DNA from: Thermoproteota archaeon | GTDB taxonomy: Archaea; Korarchaeota; JAOZGF01; JAOZFZ01 | Length of the DNA: 64,000 nt | Direction of reading: 5' to 3' | NCBI GenBank assembly: GCA_027492035.1 | Contig: JAOZFT010000007.1 | Coordinates: 1 to 64,000, forward strand | Part shown: piece after piece, positions 38,743 to 49,107 of the stretch | Layout: every line of letters starts with the position of its first letter | How positions within the stretch are numbered: position 1 is the first letter of the stretch | Notes under the pieces: model-generated | Database searches by the model: none | What the model saw: the letters and a program-made list of their open reading frames with translations, nothing else | What the model was told of the DNA's origin: nothing | Made by a program: the position numbers and the translations under genes

Positions 38743-39636
38743 ATGCCTGGAAAATTTAAAGGTGTTTTTGTACCTCATGTTACCCCTTTCACAGTGAAGG
38801 GTGACATAGATAAAGAAAAATTGAAGAAGCTTATTCATTTTATAATGGACTCAGGTTGTAATGGACTTATTTCGTGCGGAAGTACAGGTGAAGCACCATT
38901 TTTAACATTTGAAGAAAGAAAAGAAATTATTGAGTTAGTTATGGATGAAGTAAGTGGAAAAATGGCTGTTATAGCTGGAACAGGCTCACCTAGCACTTCT
39001 GAAACGCTTAAAATAACAGAAGAGGCTCATGACCTAGGAGTCGACGCAGCCCTTATAATTACACCCTACTTTTTTAAACTAAGCGACAAAGAAGTTTTGG
39101 AACATTACAGAGTTATTATAGAGAAAATTGATTTACCTATTATAATTTATAACGTGCCAAAATTTACAGGTTACAATTTAAACCCCACGATTGTAACTGA
39201 ATTAGCTAAAGAGTACAGCCAAGTTGTGGGTGTAAAGGATTCAAGTGGTTCAATAAATCAAATCTCTAGATTAGTGGAATCCGTCGGAAACAAAATTTCT
39301 GTGTTAGCAGGCACAGGTGAAACCTTTTTCCCAACACTTACATTAGGGGGGCATGGTGGAGTCTTAGCCATAGCTAACGTAGCTCCTCACCTATGTACCC
39401 AAATATATAAATGTTTCAAAGCAGGAGAACTACAAAAAGCCCAACATCTCAATTTTCGATTATTAAAACTGAATGAGTTTTTAGTGAAAAAACACAATCA
39501 AGTAAGTTGCATAAAAACTGCCTTAAACATGATGGTTGAAGCAGGGGGATTACCTAGAAAACCTATTTTGCCTCCATCAATTGAAACAGAAAACAACATT
39601 TTCAAGCTTTTGAAGGAGACAGGTCTTGTAAAGTAA
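38743..39636 (+). CDS. dapA: Dihydrodipicolinate synthase family aldolase
   Basis: TPF, GSTGE, PYF, IYNVP, GVKDS; substrate not certain. Confidence 0.8.
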   Translation: MPGKFKGVFVPHVTPFTVKGDIDKEKLKKLIHFIMDSGCNGLISCGSTGEAPFLTFEERKEIIELVMDEVSGKMAVIAGTGSPSTSETLKITEEAHDLGVDAALIITPYFFKLSDKEVLEHYRVIIEKIDLPIIIYNVPKFTGYNLNPTIVTELAKEYSQVVGVKDSSGSINQISRLVESVGNKISVLAGTGETFFPTLTLGGHGGVLAIANVAPHLCTQIYKCFKAGELQKAQHLNFRLLKLNEFLVKKHNQVSCIKTALNMMVEAGGLPRKPILPPSIETENNIFKLLKETGLVK

Positions 39637-39865
39637 AGTTCTAAGCCTTTCCGTAAAAAGCTTTATTAAATTCAAGACGAGAAAGAAGTTATGCCGTTGT
39701 TTGCTTAGCACAGGTGGAAACTGTGTTGAATTTTGTTAGAAAAAATAAATCTTTTTTCCTAATTATTCCTAAAATTCAGTAATTTTTCATAATTTATTTC
39801 CATGACAGTTAATTTGTCTAATATTTAAAAAAATAGGGTTTAACTCTGAGAAGTGAGGTGCTGTA

Positions 39866-40129
39866 ATGTTTACCAGAAAACCTTTGTTACCCCCTACTGC
39901 AAAAAAGCTTAGAGAAGTTGAGATAGTTATTCTTGAAGATAGATGTAAAGGATGTGGCTTTTGCATAGAGTTCTGCCCTAGGGAAGTGCTAAGTAAATCA
40001 GAAAAATTGAACTCAAGAGGTGTTCACCCTCCAAAAGTAAGTAACAAAGACTTATGCGTAGGTTGTGGTTTATGTGAAAAGATATGTCCTGACTTCGCTA
40101 TTTTTCTTGAGGAGTGTGATCAAACATGA
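39866..40129 (+). CDS. korD: 2-oxoacid:ferredoxin oxidoreductase delta subunit (2x4Fe-4S)
   Basis: CKGCGFCIEFCP and CVGCGLCEKICPDFAI. Confidence 0.88.
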   Translation: MFTRKPLLPPTAKKLREVEIVILEDRCKGCGFCIEFCPREVLSKSEKLNSRGVHPPKVSNKDLCVGCGLCEKICPDFAIFLEECDQT

Positions 40130-41268
40130 GAAGAGACGTGTTGACAGGTGAGTACTTTACAGAAGGCGATATTGCTTGTGCAGAGGGGGCAATAGCTGCT
40201 GGTTGCCGTTTCTTTGCTGGGTACCCCATTACCCCCTCAAGTGAATTAGCTGAACACATGGCAGCAAGGCTTCCTGAAGTTGATGGAGTCTTTATTCAAA
40301 TGGAGGATGAACTCGGATCTATGGCAGCAGTTATAGGTGCAAGCTGGGCTGGAGTGAAATCTATGACAGCGACTTCAGGTCCAGGGTTCAGTTTAATGCA
40401 GGAAAACATAGGACTTGCAATTATGACAGAAACTCCCTGCGTAATAGTTAATATTATGAGAGGGGGACCAAGCACAGGGCAACCTACAAAATCAGGTCAA
40501 CAAGACGTTATGCAAGCTAAATGGGGGTCTCATGGAGATTATGAAATAATTGCAGTTTGTCCTTCAACAGTGCAGGAAATGTTCGACTTAACTATTGAAG
40601 CATTCAATTTGTCAGAAATTTACAGGGTTCCAGTTATAGTTTTAGGTGATGAAATTCTTGGGCATTTAACAGAGAAGCTGGTTATACCGCAACCGGAAGA
40701 AATAGAAATTGTAGAAAGAAGAAAACCGCCAATTAAAGAGGGATATTCTTGGTTTAAGTTCAATCCAGCTTCTATCCCAGCAATGGCCAGTTTCGGTGAA
40801 GGATTTAAAGTTTACGCAACAGGTTTAACTCATGACGAAACAGGGCATCCTGATATGTCTCCAGAAACTCAAACAAAGCTTGTCAAGTATTTATGTGATA
40901 AAGTGCGTAAGAATGCAGACAGAATAGTTAAGTACAAGGAAATAATGCTTGATGATGCAGAAATAGCCATAATAACTTACGGTTCACCAGTGAGATCGGC
41001 TTTAAGTGCAGTGAAAAGAGCAAGGAAAGAAGGGATAAAGGTAGGCCTACTTAAGTTGTCAATTGTTTGGCCATTTCCAGAAAAAATTGTTAAGAAGGTT
41101 TCAGAAGAAGTGGATACGGTAGTGGTGTTGGAAATGAATTATGGGCAAATTTTGCGAGAAGTTCAGAGAGTAGCTGGTTTAGAACGTGTAAAATTTCTCC
41201 CGAAATTCGGTGAAGATTTACATAAACCTGGTGAAGTACTGGAATTAGTTAGAAGGTGTAAAAAATGA
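40126..41268 (+). CDS. korA: 2-oxoacid:ferredoxin oxidoreductase alpha subunit
   Basis: AGYPITPS, QMEDE, TATSGPGFSLMQE, RGGPSTG. Confidence 0.92.
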   Translation: MRRDVLTGEYFTEGDIACAEGAIAAGCRFFAGYPITPSSELAEHMAARLPEVDGVFIQMEDELGSMAAVIGASWAGVKSMTATSGPGFSLMQENIGLAIMTETPCVIVNIMRGGPSTGQPTKSGQQDVMQAKWGSHGDYEIIAVCPSTVQEMFDLTIEAFNLSEIYRVPVIVLGDEILGHLTEKLVIPQPEEIEIVERRKPPIKEGYSWFKFNPASIPAMASFGEGFKVYATGLTHDETGHPDMSPETQTKLVKYLCDKVRKNADRIVKYKEIMLDDAEIAIITYGSPVRSALSAVKRARKEGIKVGLLKLSIVWPFPEKIVKKVSEEVDTVVVLEMNYGQILREVQRVAGLERVKFLPKFGEDLHKPGEVLELVRRCKK

Positions 41269-42143
41269 AAAGTACAATAAAATATGCAGCTGCACATCCA
41301 TTAGACCCTTACCTCAGGAAGGGAATGATTCCTCACATTTGGTGCACAGGCTGTGGAAACGGGGTAATTCTTAACTGTTTCATTCGGGCAGTAAGAGACT
41401 TAAATATAGACGTAAATAAAACGGTAGTGGTTTCAGGGATAGGGTGCATAGGAAGAATAACAGGGTACATAAACATGGATTCCTTCCACACCACACATGG
41501 CAGACCTATTGCTTTTGCGACAGGGGTGAAACTGGCAAAACCAGAACTTAATGTAGTAGTAATCAGTGGCGACGGTGACCTTTTTGCAATAGGTGGAAAC
41601 CATTTCATTCATGCTGCAAGAAGGAACATGGACCTTTTAGTTATTTGCGCCAATAACTTCAATTATGGTATGACAGGGGGCCAATATGCCCCCACAACTC
41701 CTTTAAACGCTAAAACAATGACCTCTCCTTACGGCAACATTGAACACCCTTTCAACCTGGTTCACTTGGCTTGGGCTTCTGGTGCAGTTTACGTTGCCAG
41801 ATGGACTACTGTGCATGTGACAAGGCTTCTCAAATCAATTAAGAAAGCATTGACAAAGAAGGGGTTTAGGTTTATAGAGGTAATAAGTCCATGTCCTGAA
41901 GTTTATGGTAGATACAACAAAATGGGAGACGCCTTGGAAATAATCAAATGGTTAAAGGAAAACTCAGTAATTCAACATTTCACAGACCCAAGTAAGGCAG
42001 AGATAGAATTGGGGGGAAAAATCACTGTCGGAGAATTCGTTGAGAAAGAGAAACCAGTATATAATGACTTAATTCTACATTTGAAAAGGAGAATAAAAGA
42101 GAAACTGGAGAAGGAGGGAAAGAGGACATTAGTTAAAATTTAA
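41265..42143 (+). CDS. korB: 2-oxoacid:ferredoxin oxidoreductase beta subunit
   Basis: WCTGCG, SGIGC, HGR, TPP motif GDGD...NN.NYGMTGGQ, SPC. Confidence 0.92.
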   Translation: MKSTIKYAAAHPLDPYLRKGMIPHIWCTGCGNGVILNCFIRAVRDLNIDVNKTVVVSGIGCIGRITGYINMDSFHTTHGRPIAFATGVKLAKPELNVVVISGDGDLFAIGGNHFIHAARRNMDLLVICANNFNYGMTGGQYAPTTPLNAKTMTSPYGNIEHPFNLVHLAWASGAVYVARWTTVHVTRLLKSIKKALTKKGFRFIEVISPCPEVYGRYNKMGDALEIIKWLKENSVIQHFTDPSKAEIELGGKITVGEFVEKEKPVYNDLILHLKRRIKEKLEKEGKRTLVKI

Positions 42144-42166
42144 GCGTTTTGGAAAGGTGTTGAAAA

Positions 42167-42730
42167 ATGAAACTTGAAATTGTTATAGCAGGGTTCGGAG
42201 GCCAAGGCATCATTAAAGCTGGCTTAATAGTGGGTTCTGCAGCTTCGCTTTTCACAGGCTTAAATGCATGCTTTGTCAGATCCTATGGACCTGAAGCAAG
42301 GGGAGGAGCTTGTAAAGCTGAAGTTATAATTTCAGATGAGGAAATTGATTACCCGAAAATCGAGAAGCCAGATGTTTTAGTTGCAATGTCTCAAGAGGGT
42401 TACGAAAAATATGTTGAGAAAGTTAAAGAGAAGGGACTTATTATATTAGATCCTGACTTAGTTGAGCCATTCAAACCTGGAAGAATCTATAAAGTACCAG
42501 CTACAAGAATAGCTGAAAAACTAGGTAAAAAGATAGTTGCTAACGTTGTAATGATAGGGGCTTTAACACCATTAATCAAGGTTTTGAAACCGGAAGATGT
42601 GGAAAACTCACTTGTTAGAAATGTTCCTCCAGGCACCGAGAAACTAAACTTGAAAGCGTTCCGGGAAGGCTATGAATACGGAAAAATTTCATTAAAGCAG
42701 AAAGAACCGGTAAGAAGAATTAATTGTTAA
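42167..42730 (+). CDS. korC: 2-oxoacid:ferredoxin oxidoreductase gamma subunit
   Basis: AGFGGQG, SYGPEARGG, NVVMIGA, NLKAF. Confidence 0.92.
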   Translation: MKLEIVIAGFGGQGIIKAGLIVGSAASLFTGLNACFVRSYGPEARGGACKAEVIISDEEIDYPKIEKPDVLVAMSQEGYEKYVEKVKEKGLIILDPDLVEPFKPGRIYKVPATRIAEKLGKKIVANVVMIGALTPLIKVLKPEDVENSLVRNVPPGTEKLNLKAFREGYEYGKISLKQKEPVRRINC

Positions 42731-42760
42731 GGGTGAGGAAGAAGAGGAAAAGGGGGTTAT

Positions 42761-45205
42761 ATGGAGACAAGAATAGGGGTGTATATCTGTCATTGCGGCA
42801 CAAACATAGGAGGAGTTTTGGATTGTGAAGCATTGGCAAAATTTGCTTCTAAACTTCCAAATGTAGTTGTGGCAAAAGATTATAAATACATGTGCGCTGA
42901 TCCAGGTCAAGAAATGATTAAAAAAGATATTAAAGAATTTAAATTGAACAGAGTGGTTGTGGCTTCTTGTTCCCCTCGAATGCATGAACCCACTTTTAGA
43001 AAATGTGTAGAGGAGGCAGGTTTAAACTCCTTCTTTTTTGAAATGGCTAACATTAGGGAACAAGTTAGTTGGTGCCATTACGATTCACCAAAACAGGCTT
43101 TTGATAAAGCTAAGGACTTAATAAAGGCAGCTGTAGCTAAGGCTAGGTTGCTTACACCCTTAACACCTCTTAAAGTTCCAGTTGAAAAGAGAGTTTTAGT
43201 GATAGGTGGAGGAGTAGCTGGCATACATGCTGCTCTTGACTTGGCAGATATGGGGTTTAAGGTTTACCTTGTAGAAAAAGAACCAACTATAGGGGGTTGG
43301 ATGGCTTTACTAGACAAAACATTCCCCACTCTTGATTGTTCAATCTGCATCCTTGGACCTAAAATGGTTGATGTAGCTAAACATTCTAACATTGAACTTT
43401 TCACCTACTCTGAAGTGTTAGATATAGAAGGGTTTGTTGGGAATTTCAAGGTTAGAATTCTTAAAAAACCAAGGTATGTGGAAGTTGATAAATGTAACGC
43501 ATGCAGTGAATGCGTGAACGTTTGCCCTGTAGAGGTTCCTAACAAGTTTGACGGTAACTTAGGTTGGAGAAAAGCAATATACATTCCCTTCCCTCAAGCT
43601 GTTCCACCAGCTTACTTGATCGATGAAGATGCCTGTTTAGGAATAACCCCTTTAGCTTGTGGCAAGTGCCAAGAAGTTTGCAGAGAAAAGGGAGGTGACG
43701 CAATCAATTTTGACATGCACCCTGAAGTGTTAGAAGTTAGTGTAGGCGCAATAATTGTTGCTACCGGCTATGAACTTTATGACCCCTCAAAAATTAAAGA
43801 ATACGGTTACGGTGTTTACCAAAACGTAATTACCTGTTTTGAACTTGAAAGGTTAATAAATTCATCAGGACCCACTTACGGAAAGGTTATAAGGCCTTCG
43901 GATGGAAAGGAACCGAAAAAAGTTGCTTTTATTCAATGCGTAGGTTCAAGGGATGAAAAAGCAAATGTTTACTGCTCAGGTTTCTGTTGCATGTACACAA
44001 TCAAAAACGCTATCCTTTTGAAGGAGAAACATCCTGAAACTGAAATATATATTTTTTATATAGACATAAGAGCCAATTTTAAGGGATATGAAGAATTTTA
44101 TAGAAGAGCCAGGGAGGAAGGAATAATTTTCATTAGAGGAAAACCTGCAGAAATTTCCGAGAATCCTTTAACCAAAAATTTAACAATTTATTGTGAAGAT
44201 TTAGGTTTAGGAAAAGTTATTTCACTTGAAGTTGATTTAGTTATTCTTTCAACAGCTGCGATACCAAGACATGGAAAAGACGAATTAGCTAGGAAGCTGA
44301 ACATTGTCACAGGATCTGACGGTTTTTACCTTGAGGCCCACCCTAAACTGAAACCTATTGATGCAGCTACTGACGGTGTTTTTCTTTGCGGGTCAGCTCA
44401 AGGACCAAAAGACATACCTTACAGTGTGTCACAAGCCAGTGCTGCAGCTGCAAGAGCTGCAAGGATTCTTTCAAAGGATTACTGGGAAATTGAACCAATA
44501 GTAGCGTACATAGATGAATCTAAATGTAGAAACCCAAAAACAAAGTGTGGAATATGTGCAACAAAATGTCCCTATGGAGCAATAACTGTAGAGCCAAACA
44601 AACCTGCCAGAGTTGAACCTGCAAAGTGTCATGGATGTGGCACCTGCGCAGCAGACTGCCCCGGTGACGCAATCACCCAGATGCATTTCACAGATGCCCA
44701 AATACTTTCTCAAATACACGCTATTTTGGAAGAGAACCCTGAAGAAAAAATACTTTGCTTCCTTTGCAATTGGTGCAGCTACGCCGGAGCAGATTTAGCA
44801 GGCACTTCAAGACTAACTTATCCACCCAACGCAAGGGCTGTAAGGGTGATGTGTTCAGGTAGAGTTGACAAAGATTTTGTGTTAGAAGCTTTCCGTTTAG
44901 GGGCTGGGATGGTTCTTGTCTCAGGCTGCAGGTTAACAGAGTTCGGAAGCGATTGCCACTACATTACAGGTAACGTAAACGCCAAGAAGAGAATGAAGAT
45001 AGTGGAGAAAATACTTGAAAAAGCAGGAATATCAAAGGAAAGATTCAGACTTGAATGGATATCTGCATCTGAAGGAGATAAATACGCTAAAATAATTAAA
45101 GAAATGGCTGAAAAGATGAAAAAACTTGGAAAAGAGAAAATAATTGAGGAAAATAGGAAAGCAGAGCCTTTCCTTGAAAAAATACTGAAGAAAAAAATTA
45201 CGTGA
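42761..45205 (+). CDS. hdrA: Heterodisulfide reductase subunit A fused to MvhD
   Basis: GVYICHCGTNI, CSPRMHE, GGGVAG, LDKTFPTLDCSIC, QCVGSRD..CS..CC, two ferredoxin modules, then CNWCSYAGAD..VMCSGRV..DCHY (MvhD). Confidence 0.95.
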   Translation: METRIGVYICHCGTNIGGVLDCEALAKFASKLPNVVVAKDYKYMCADPGQEMIKKDIKEFKLNRVVVASCSPRMHEPTFRKCVEEAGLNSFFFEMANIREQVSWCHYDSPKQAFDKAKDLIKAAVAKARLLTPLTPLKVPVEKRVLVIGGGVAGIHAALDLADMGFKVYLVEKEPTIGGWMALLDKTFPTLDCSICILGPKMVDVAKHSNIELFTYSEVLDIEGFVGNFKVRILKKPRYVEVDKCNACSECVNVCPVEVPNKFDGNLGWRKAIYIPFPQAVPPAYLIDEDACLGITPLACGKCQEVCREKGGDAINFDMHPEVLEVSVGAIIVATGYELYDPSKIKEYGYGVYQNVITCFELERLINSSGPTYGKVIRPSDGKEPKKVAFIQCVGSRDEKANVYCSGFCCMYTIKNAILLKEKHPETEIYIFYIDIRANFKGYEEFYRRAREEGIIFIRGKPAEISENPLTKNLTIYCEDLGLGKVISLEVDLVILSTAAIPRHGKDELARKLNIVTGSDGFYLEAHPKLKPIDAATDGVFLCGSAQGPKDIPYSVSQASAAAARAARILSKDYWEIEPIVAYIDESKCRNPKTKCGICATKCPYGAITVEPNKPARVEPAKCHGCGTCAADCPGDAITQMHFTDAQILSQIHAILEENPEEKILCFLCNWCSYAGADLAGTSRLTYPPNARAVRVMCSGRVDKDFVLEAFRLGAGMVLVSGCRLTEFGSDCHYITGNVNAKKRMKIVEKILEKAGISKERFRLEWISASEGDKYAKIIKEMAEKMKKLGKEKIIEENRKAEPFLEKILKKKIT

Positions 45206-45732
45206 AAGAGGAAGGGTGGAGAAAGGAATTGGAACAGGGGGAGAAATTAAGAAAATTAAAGGAAATAAAAAGAAAAGCCTTGATTTGTTTCCAATGTGGA
45301 GTATGTGTTGGAAGCTGTCCAGTCGCTTTCGTAAATGAAAAATATAATCCAAGAAGAATCTTAAGAAACTTCCTTTTCAACCAATCCCCGCCACAGCTAA
45401 ATCTAAGCAATTTACCTTGGCTATGCCTCCATTGTTATGCATGTCTCGAAAGATGCCCCCAAAATATAGGCCTATCAGAAGTTATGTTTAAGATTCAACA
45501 CCTTCAGTTTTTAAATGGAGAAATACCTTCCAGTTTCTTAAATGCAGTTAAACAAATAATTAAAACAGGCAGGGTTTCACCTGTGACGCCAATAACGGAA
45601 AGAAGAAGGGAGCAGCTTAATCTTCCAAAAATTGAAACCGAAACAGGAGTTGAGGAACTTAAGAAAATAATTAAAGAAACAGGTTTAAAAAAACTCCTGT
45701 TCAGTCAAGAAGAGGAGAAAAGAAGTGGCTGA
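45202..45732 (+). CDS. hdrC: Heterodisulfide reductase subunit C
   Basis: CFQCGVCVGSCP and WLCLHCYACLERCP; lies between hdrA and hdrB. Confidence 0.9.
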   Translation: MKEEGWRKELEQGEKLRKLKEIKRKALICFQCGVCVGSCPVAFVNEKYNPRRILRNFLFNQSPPQLNLSNLPWLCLHCYACLERCPQNIGLSEVMFKIQHLQFLNGEIPSSFLNAVKQIIKTGRVSPVTPITERRREQLNLPKIETETGVEELKKIIKETGLKKLLFSQEEEKRSG

Positions 45733-46627
45733 AAGAGAAACCGGGCACAAGTATGCTTTCTTTCCAGGATGCTTAGTAACTACAAGGCTTCCTTACATAG
45801 AAGCTGCTGTAAGGAAGTCAATGAGGAGACTTGGTGCAGAACTGGTGGACATGCCTGAAACAACATGCTGCCCTGAACCAACCCTTACAAAAGCTTTAAA
45901 TCAAAAGACATGGTTAGCAATTGCAGCAAGAAATTTATCCATAGCTGAAGAAATAGGACTAGACATATTGACTCCATGTAACGGATGCTATGGAACATTT
46001 AAGACTGTAAATTATATCATTAAAACCAATGAAAAGGAAAGGGTTAAGATAAATGACACACTTAAAAAAGTGAATAGGGAATACAAAGGGAAAATACAAG
46101 TGAAACATGTGGTTGAAGCCCTTTACAAAGACATAGGTAAAGAAAGAATAAAGAAAGAAATCCAGAAACCCTTAAAAAACATTAAAATAGCAGTTCATTA
46201 CGGTTGTCACCTTTTAAGGCCAAGTGAAATAATTCAACTTGACGACCCTGAACAACCAACTTTCTTAGATGAATTAGTGGAAGTGTTAGGGGCTAAAAGT
46301 GTGGATTATGAAAGAAAAATGATGTGCTGTGGGGGAGAAGATTTAAAAATCCACCCCCAAACAGCCTACTCCATTTTAAAAGAAAAATTATCAAGTATAA
46401 AAGAAGCAGATCCAGATTGTATAGTGGTTACATGTCCCCTCTGCATGATTCAATTGGATGAAAACCAAGCTTTACTTCAAAGAAGGCACCGTCAAAACTT
46501 CAACATACCTGTGTTTTATTATTCTGAACTCTTATGTTTAGCCTTAAATATTAATTTAGGAGACCAACACTTTAAACTCCACCGAATAAAAGCAGATGAA
46601 GTAGTTAAGAAAATAGTTAAAAGTTGA
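45725..46627 (+). CDS. hdrB: Heterodisulfide reductase subunit B
   Basis: Two CCG domains: FPGC..CCP..CNGC and HYGCH..CCGG..CPLC. Confidence 0.93.
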   Translation: MAERETGHKYAFFPGCLVTTRLPYIEAAVRKSMRRLGAELVDMPETTCCPEPTLTKALNQKTWLAIAARNLSIAEEIGLDILTPCNGCYGTFKTVNYIIKTNEKERVKINDTLKKVNREYKGKIQVKHVVEALYKDIGKERIKKEIQKPLKNIKIAVHYGCHLLRPSEIIQLDDPEQPTFLDELVEVLGAKSVDYERKMMCCGGEDLKIHPQTAYSILKEKLSSIKEADPDCIVVTCPLCMIQLDENQALLQRRHRQNFNIPVFYYSELLCLALNINLGDQHFKLHRIKADEVVKKIVKS

Positions 46628-46785
46628 AATTCTGCAACCGAAGAAACAGTGACACAAAACATTTTAAAGGTTTCTTCCACTCTTCTTAAAGGGAAGAAGT
46701 GAAGGGAACTCAGACCTTTCTTTCAAAAGTTTTTAAAAAGGACACGGAAAAAGGTTCTTGAAGAAAATACGAGGAAGAAAATAAA

Positions 46786-47922
46786 GTGGAAAGCGGAAAA
46801 ATAACTTTGCTTCTTGTTTCACTGTTTCACCTGCTGAATGACGCAAACGTTTTTCTTCTACCCGCTGTTTTTCCTTTAGTTATTCAAGAATTCAGTTTAT
46901 CCTTTTTCCAAACAAGTTTACTTGTCGGATGTTTAACATTTACTGTAACTTTTTTACAGATTATGATAGGTTACTTGTCGGATTTTTTAAGCCGAAAAAT
47001 ACTTTTAGGCTTAGGCCTCCTTATTGTTTCTTCAGCTTCCTTCTTAGCTGCCTACTCAACCAATTTTACAATTCTTCTTTTAAGTCAAGTTTTGTTAGGA
47101 ATAGGAGGAAGCTTTTATCACCCAATAGGGTACTCCTTAACAGTTAAAAAATTCCTTAAAAGCAGTAAAGGGAAAGCTTTAGGGGTACAGAGTAGTTTCG
47201 GAGATTTAGGAATACTTCTAATGCTTACTTCCACAGGAAGCTTGGTTCATTTCTTTAACTGGAGAACTCCTTTCATTCTTTGGGGTACCTTATCCCTGAT
47301 TTCTTCACCCTTATCCCTTTTTATGGAAGAAGAGAAAAACCTCAAAATAGAAAATCAGAAATTATTTTCTGAAAAAGTTTTTTTCTCCTCATTCCTGATC
47401 CTTTTCTTTATACTAGGTGGAATCTACCGGGTAATTTACACTTATATTCCCACTTATTTAACCTTTAGAGGATTAAATATTTCACTTTCAGATTTGCTTG
47501 CTTCCTTAATGACAGTGATTGGTCTGATAGGAAGCTTGGTTTCTGGTTATTTTTCAGACAAGTTCGGGTGCTTAAAAATTTTAATTCTGAACTTTGTATT
47601 CACCGGTTTCTTTTCCCTCTTCTTAACTTGGCTGTCAAATATCCCTTTATTAATAATTCTTGTTTTAGTTATAGGGTGGGGCGTTTATGGTGCATACCCT
47701 GCTGCCTACTCTTTATTTGCTGAGTTTTCAAATGTGGAAATAGCAGGTTTCCTCTACGGGATCATCTTATCAATGGGTATGCTTGGAGGTACAGTAAACA
47801 TTTTGATTGCTGGTTTAATAGCTGATAATTTTGGTTTGAACCAAATATTCATTTACACAGGACTAACTACTTTATTGACATTACCCCTTTTTAAGCTACT
47901 CAAAAAACCTGTTCGGTTATAA
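46786..47922 (+). CDS. MFS transporter (Fsr-like)
   Basis: HLLND, GYLSD, GSFYHP, GYFSDKFG; about 12 TM segments. Confidence 0.88.
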   Translation: MESGKITLLLVSLFHLLNDANVFLLPAVFPLVIQEFSLSFFQTSLLVGCLTFTVTFLQIMIGYLSDFLSRKILLGLGLLIVSSASFLAAYSTNFTILLLSQVLLGIGGSFYHPIGYSLTVKKFLKSSKGKALGVQSSFGDLGILLMLTSTGSLVHFFNWRTPFILWGTLSLISSPLSLFMEEEKNLKIENQKLFSEKVFFSSFLILFFILGGIYRVIYTYIPTYLTFRGLNISLSDLLASLMTVIGLIGSLVSGYFSDKFGCLKILILNFVFTGFFSLFLTWLSNIPLLIILVLVIGWGVYGAYPAAYSLFAEFSNVEIAGFLYGIILSMGMLGGTVNILIAGLIADNFGLNQIFIYTGLTTLLTLPLFKLLKKPVRL

Positions 47923-49107
47923 ATTTTCTTCTCAACGACAACATTACAGGAAGCCATTAGTTCGAAAAAAGTAGTGAAAAAGTGTAAGGGACTGGAAAGG
48001 AATAAACTCCGAGTCTAAAAGGAAATACGCAAGTGCTTGAAGGATTAAAGGGAATTTAAGAACCCTTTAGGAATTTAAAAAAATACTTAGAAAAGTTGGA
48101 TATATAGGTATGAACTTATTTATATAAATAAGTATGAATAATTCTTACCATAAAATCTAACATTTTTACGGATGCCTCCTCCTCAAAATTTCACCAGGGA
48201 CTAATCCCTTTAATAGGCAGCACCGACAAAGAGAAATACCTATCGCAAGTGAAGGATTTGATAGGTAATTCTTAGTTTTAGAAAGTATCCAGGTAAATGC
48301 ACTGTTTTTTACTATGAACAATTTAATTCACCTCAGAAGGGGAGAACACAAAAACATTTAGTTCTGGAAAGGAACCTACTAACTTGCTAAGCAGACGTCA
48401 GCCTCTGAGGGCAGGTGTAGATACTTTATTTTTTAGCTCGCCACAAGATTTGTAACCTAGAGTTGAATTTAAGCAAGATCTTCCGATAAAAGGGTCTATT
48501 CTTGGATAGTACAGAATTTGTTGCAGTTCCTAAAATTAAAAAACTCACTAAAACGCACTTTCACACTTTACGAATTAGTACTCTTCCATTCTCTCACGTC
48601 AAAGTTTTTCAATTCTATAATTCTATTGATACACCTAGAAAGGAAAAATTGGAAGTAGTATCAAAGAAAACTTGAGTTGCTTCTTTTTTCTCCCCACAAT
48701 TTTTCGAAACAGTTTCCCTAAAATTCCAAAATCTCTTGGTTTTTATTAATGAAATGTTTAAGGTTCTTCGAGCAGCCTAGCTTTTTTTCTTAATAAAAAT
48801 AGCTTCTCCAAATTTAAGTAAAAATTTTATCAAATACTTAAATTCCTAAAGTCCTTAAAGTTTTCCTAATTGTTTTTTATAATATAAACTTTATATTCCT
48901 TATTTACTTTAAGTTCAATATGTGCAATAAGAATACCTTATTTCTGGAATAACGGAAAATAGTCCATGAAAAAGGAGGGGGTTCGAAGGTTACAGTAGTA
49001 TGAAATTAAGATTTTACTTTTTCGTATTTATTAATCTGATTTTTCACTAAAAACTAGGAAAAATTTTTAACTAACTAATCTCTCTTTTTATTAAGTTTTT
49101 TGGAGAG

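Noticed and set aside
42761-46627. Selenocysteine recoding in HdrA/MvhD, or evidence of methanogenesis
   Set aside because: All relevant positions are Cys codons with no in-frame TGA. No mcr or mtr genes are in the window, and Hdr and Fae are common in non-methanogens.
48390-48420. GCCTCTGAGGGCAGGTGTAG vaguely like an IS200/IS605 end hairpin
   Set aside because: Imperfect stem, no tnpA/tnpB remnant recognised and no second end found.
48606-48632. TTTTCAATTCTATAATTCTATTGATAC resembles an archaeal CRISPR repeat (reverse strand ends ...AGAATTGAAA)
   Set aside because: Single copy, no regularly spaced repeats on either side and no cas genes in the window; AT-rich chance similarity is likely.
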